Positions 15,491 through 17,726 of a stretch of 17,726 nt of DNA are shown piece after piece (positions within the stretch are counted from its first letter, which is position 1; each line of letters opens with the position of its first letter). The notes under the pieces were generated by a model, which was given only the letters and a program-made list of their open reading frames with translations, was not told the origin of the DNA and did not search any database. This stretch comes from Candidatus Eiseniibacteriota bacterium (GTDB taxonomy: Bacteria > Eisenbacteria > RBG-16-71-46 > DASYSL01): the NCBI GenBank assembly GCA_031431875.1, contig JANPEF010000137.1, positions 1 to 17,726 on the forward strand, in the 5' to 3' direction. The translations under genes were made by a program, and so were the position numbers.

Positions 15491-16429
15491 GTGACCCACC
15501 CCGTGCTTCGACGCGTCCGCGCGTTCGCCCTGCCGACCCTCCTCCCGACCGTCCTCCTCCTCGCGCTCGCCGGCCCTGTCGCCGCGCAGGGCATGCCACC
15601 CCAGCCGACGGAAGTCTCGGCCGGCCCGCTCTTCGCCGTCGAGGACACCATTCCCGTGCCGTCGATGCTGATGGACGTGCAGATCGTCCGGGCCTCGCGC
15701 GTCTCCATCGACGAGATCCTGCGTCGCGTCGCCGAGGGCGAGGCGCACCGCGACTCGATGATGCAGGACCAGTCGTTCACCATGCTGGCCGCGCTCACCT
15801 ATCTCGATCCGGGGAAGAGCGGTACGGACGCGACGAAGCGGCAGTGGGAGTCGGCGACCCAGGTCTATCGCAAGCGCCCGGACAAGGTGCGCACGGTGCC
15901 GCTGCGGACGAAGAGCTCGTTCAAGGACGACGACGGCGCCGGGGTTGAAGTCGGTCCCGGCATGGACGAGGAGCTGGTCAACTTCGCGTTCCAGCCACGG
16001 ACGCGCAAGCGATTCGAGTTTCGCATCGAGCAGCGCCAGTTGATCGGCGATCGCGTGCTCTACGTCCTCGCGTTCAAGCCCCGATCGAAGCTCGACAACC
16101 TGCCGACCGGACGGGCCTGGGTCGACACCAAGGAGTTCGTCATCGTGCGCCAGGAGTTCTGGTACCGCGATCGTTCACCGGCCCCGTTGTTCTTCAAGAG
16201 CATTGACTCCTGCGTCATCGAGCGCACGCAGGTCGACGGCAAGTGGTGGGTGATGTCGCGGATCCTGGCCCGCGTGCAGGTCACGTCATTGGCGCGCTTC
16301 ATGGCACGGGCCGGCAAGGAGAAGCTGCCGCCGACGGTCGACTTCACGCTGTCGATCCGCGACTGGAAGGTGAACCGCGGGCTCGACGACGCACTGTTCG
16401 TGGTGAACAAGACGGAGAAGAAGAAGTGA
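15491..16429 (+). CDS. Secreted protein resembling the LolA-like/N-terminal region of DUF5686-type proteins
   Basis: Signal peptide (LLPTVLLLALAGPVAA-Q) and the segment FEFRIEQRQLIGDRVLYVLAFKPR...GRAWVDTKEFVIVR. C-terminal VNRGLDDALF resembles the LolA-like N.gl.d..F ending. The start codon is uncertain. Confidence 0.65.
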   Translation: MTHPVLRRVRAFALPTLLPTVLLLALAGPVAAQGMPPQPTEVSAGPLFAVEDTIPVPSMLMDVQIVRASRVSIDEILRRVAEGEAHRDSMMQDQSFTMLAALTYLDPGKSGTDATKRQWESATQVYRKRPDKVRTVPLRTKSSFKDDDGAGVEVGPGMDEELVNFAFQPRTRKRFEFRIEQRQLIGDRVLYVLAFKPRSKLDNLPTGRAWVDTKEFVIVRQEFWYRDRSPAPLFFKSIDSCVIERTQVDGKWWVMSRILARVQVTSLARFMARAGKEKLPPTVDFTLSIRDWKVNRGLDDALFVVNKTEKKK

Positions 16430-17726
16430 AGCGCCTCGCGCGGGTCTTCGCGCTTCTGCTCTTCGCCCTTGTCGTGCCCCGCGCCGCAGGCGCGCAGGCG
16501 CCCGCCCCTGCCCCGCCGCCTTCCGATTCCCTGTTCAAGGTCCTGCGCGCGCTGTCCGACTCGACCGACGCCGGCTTCGGCGCCGCGACCGTCGAGTTCG
16601 ACACGACCGGGCTCGACTCGCTCGTGGGCTCGGCGCTGTTGCTGCCGGCGACCCCGCCGCCGGCGCGGCGCGTGAGCCAGCTCTATCCGGTGATCAACTT
16701 TCACCGCGCCAGCGGGCCCGGCCTCGGTGCGGGCTATCGCTTTGGTTCGCAGAGCACGGGCTTCCTCGACCTGCGCGGCTCCTATGCATTCACGGCGGAG
16801 CTGGGACGTTACGCGTTCGGCTACCGGAAGACCCTGTGGGCGCCCGGCGCGCGCATGCCGCGCTTCGAGGCGGTCAGGTCCGGACGCATCGGCGAGCGGA
16901 ACCGGCTCGACCTGGAGCTCGGCTACGCGCGCAAGGTCGTGCCTTTCATGGTCGAGCACTCCGATCCCGACGTCGGCGGCTTCGGCGCGCTGATCTCGGG
17001 CACCAGCGCCCAGAGCATCTTCGAGCAGCGCGGGTTCACCGGCGCGCTCGCTCTGTGGAAAGGCGACTGGATGCTGCGCGCCGGCGTCCTCACTGCGAAG
17101 GAGAAGGCACTTCCGGTCGTCACCACGTTCAGCCTGCTTGGTAAAGAGGAGGACGTCCCCGCCAACACGGCCGCCGACGCCGACGAGTTCACCGAACCGT
17201 TCGCCGAGCTCGGCTATCGGCGGCGCGACTGGGACTTTGTCGCGACGGCGACGATCCACGGCACCGGCGATCGCCGGCGTTTGCGCGGCGCGTTCGGCAA
17301 GGCGGTGCGCCTGGGTTCGAACTTCAAGTTCGCCGCCGAGATCGAGGGTGGCGCGACCGCGGCCGCGGCTCCGCGCCAGCGGCGCTTCGAGATCGGCGGC
17401 GCGAAGTCCGTGCCGTCGCTCCCGTACGGCCAGGGCGGCACCGATCACCTGGTCATGTCGCGCTTCGAGCTGCGTGGCGCGCAGGACGTCCTGAACGCGC
17501 TGCGCCTGCCGCACCCCGAGTGGCTCGTGCTGCAGCCGTCCCTGTTCTTCGACTACGCGAACGTGTGGGACGACCCCGCAGGACGCGACGTCGTGTTCTC
17601 GAAGCCCCCGGGCGAGGGCTGGCGCGGCTCCGCCGGAGGCGGCTTCGCGTGGCGGCTGGGAGTGCCCGAGCCGGATGTGACCATGCGCATGTGGATGGCG
17701 TGGCCGGTCGGGTCGCGCGGCGGCGA
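16426..17726 (+). CDS. 3'-truncated Omp85/BamA/TamA-like outer-membrane beta-barrel without apparent POTRA domains (absent from the ORF track)
   Basis: GTGA overlap with the upstream stop. My translation gives MKRLARVFALLLFALVVPRAAGAQ... and stays open to the window end (>430 aa), with QRRFEIGGAKSVPSLPYG, LFFDYANVW and GSAGGGFAW. Confidence 0.8.
   Translation, partial: MKRLARVFALLLFALVVPRAAGAQAPAPAPPPSDSLFKVLRALSDSTDAGFGAATVEFDTTGLDSLVGSALLLPATPPPARRVSQLYPVINFHRASGPGLGAGYRFGSQSTGFLDLRGSYAFTAELGRYAFGYRKTLWAPGARMPRFEAVRSGRIGERNRLDLELGYARKVVPFMVEHSDPDVGGFGALISGTSAQSIFEQRGFTGALALWKGDWMLRAGVLTAKEKALPVVTTFSLLGKEEDVPANTAADADEFTEPFAELGYRRRDWDFVATATIHGTGDRRRLRGAFGKAVRLGSNFKFAAEIEGGATAAAAPRQRRFEIGGAKSVPSLPYGQGGTDHLVMSRFELRGAQDVLNALRLPHPEWLVLQPSLFFDYANVWDDPAGRDVVFSKPPGEGWRGSAGGGFAWRLGVPEPDVTMRMWMAWPVGSRGG

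Noticed and set aside
15426..15599. Longer starts for the GT-C gene (15599) and the secreted protein (15398)
   Set aside because: They would overlap head-to-head and encode low-complexity Arg/Gly sequence; the shorter starts put TM1 or the signal peptide at the N-terminus.
1..17726. CRISPR array, tRNA, rRNA or IS element
   Set aside because: No regularly spaced repeats, cloverleaf motifs, rRNA-like sequence or transposase ORF was detected by eye.

Overview
High-GC diderm bacterial chromosomal segment; the gene style suggests an Eisenbacteria/Acidobacteria/Gemmatimonadetes-like lineage (inference only). Left to right: the 3' part of a TolB/PD40 beta-propeller protein (+); a small outer-membrane beta-barrel plus lipoprotein pair (-); a YhaO/YhaN-type pair (-) made of an Mre11/SbcD-like nuclease and an SMC/Rad50-like ATPase with a transmembrane hairpin at its apex and an atypical Walker B; moaA (+); a HigB-2/HigA-2-type toxin-antitoxin islet (-); a divergent nitroreductase behind a structured, attenuator-like leader (-); a sigma54-type promoter driving a poly-Pro beta-barrel (-); dinB coupled to a glycoside-hydrolase-like gene (+); a convergently overlapping GT-C-like membrane glycosyltransferase (-); and, divergent from it, a secreted LolA-like/DUF5686-N-like protein coupled to a POTRA-less Omp85-like barrel that the ORF track missed (+, runs off the window). 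Several genes look leaderless. No CRISPR array, tRNA, rRNA or transposase was seen. All family calls are from motif recognition by eye; no searches were run.
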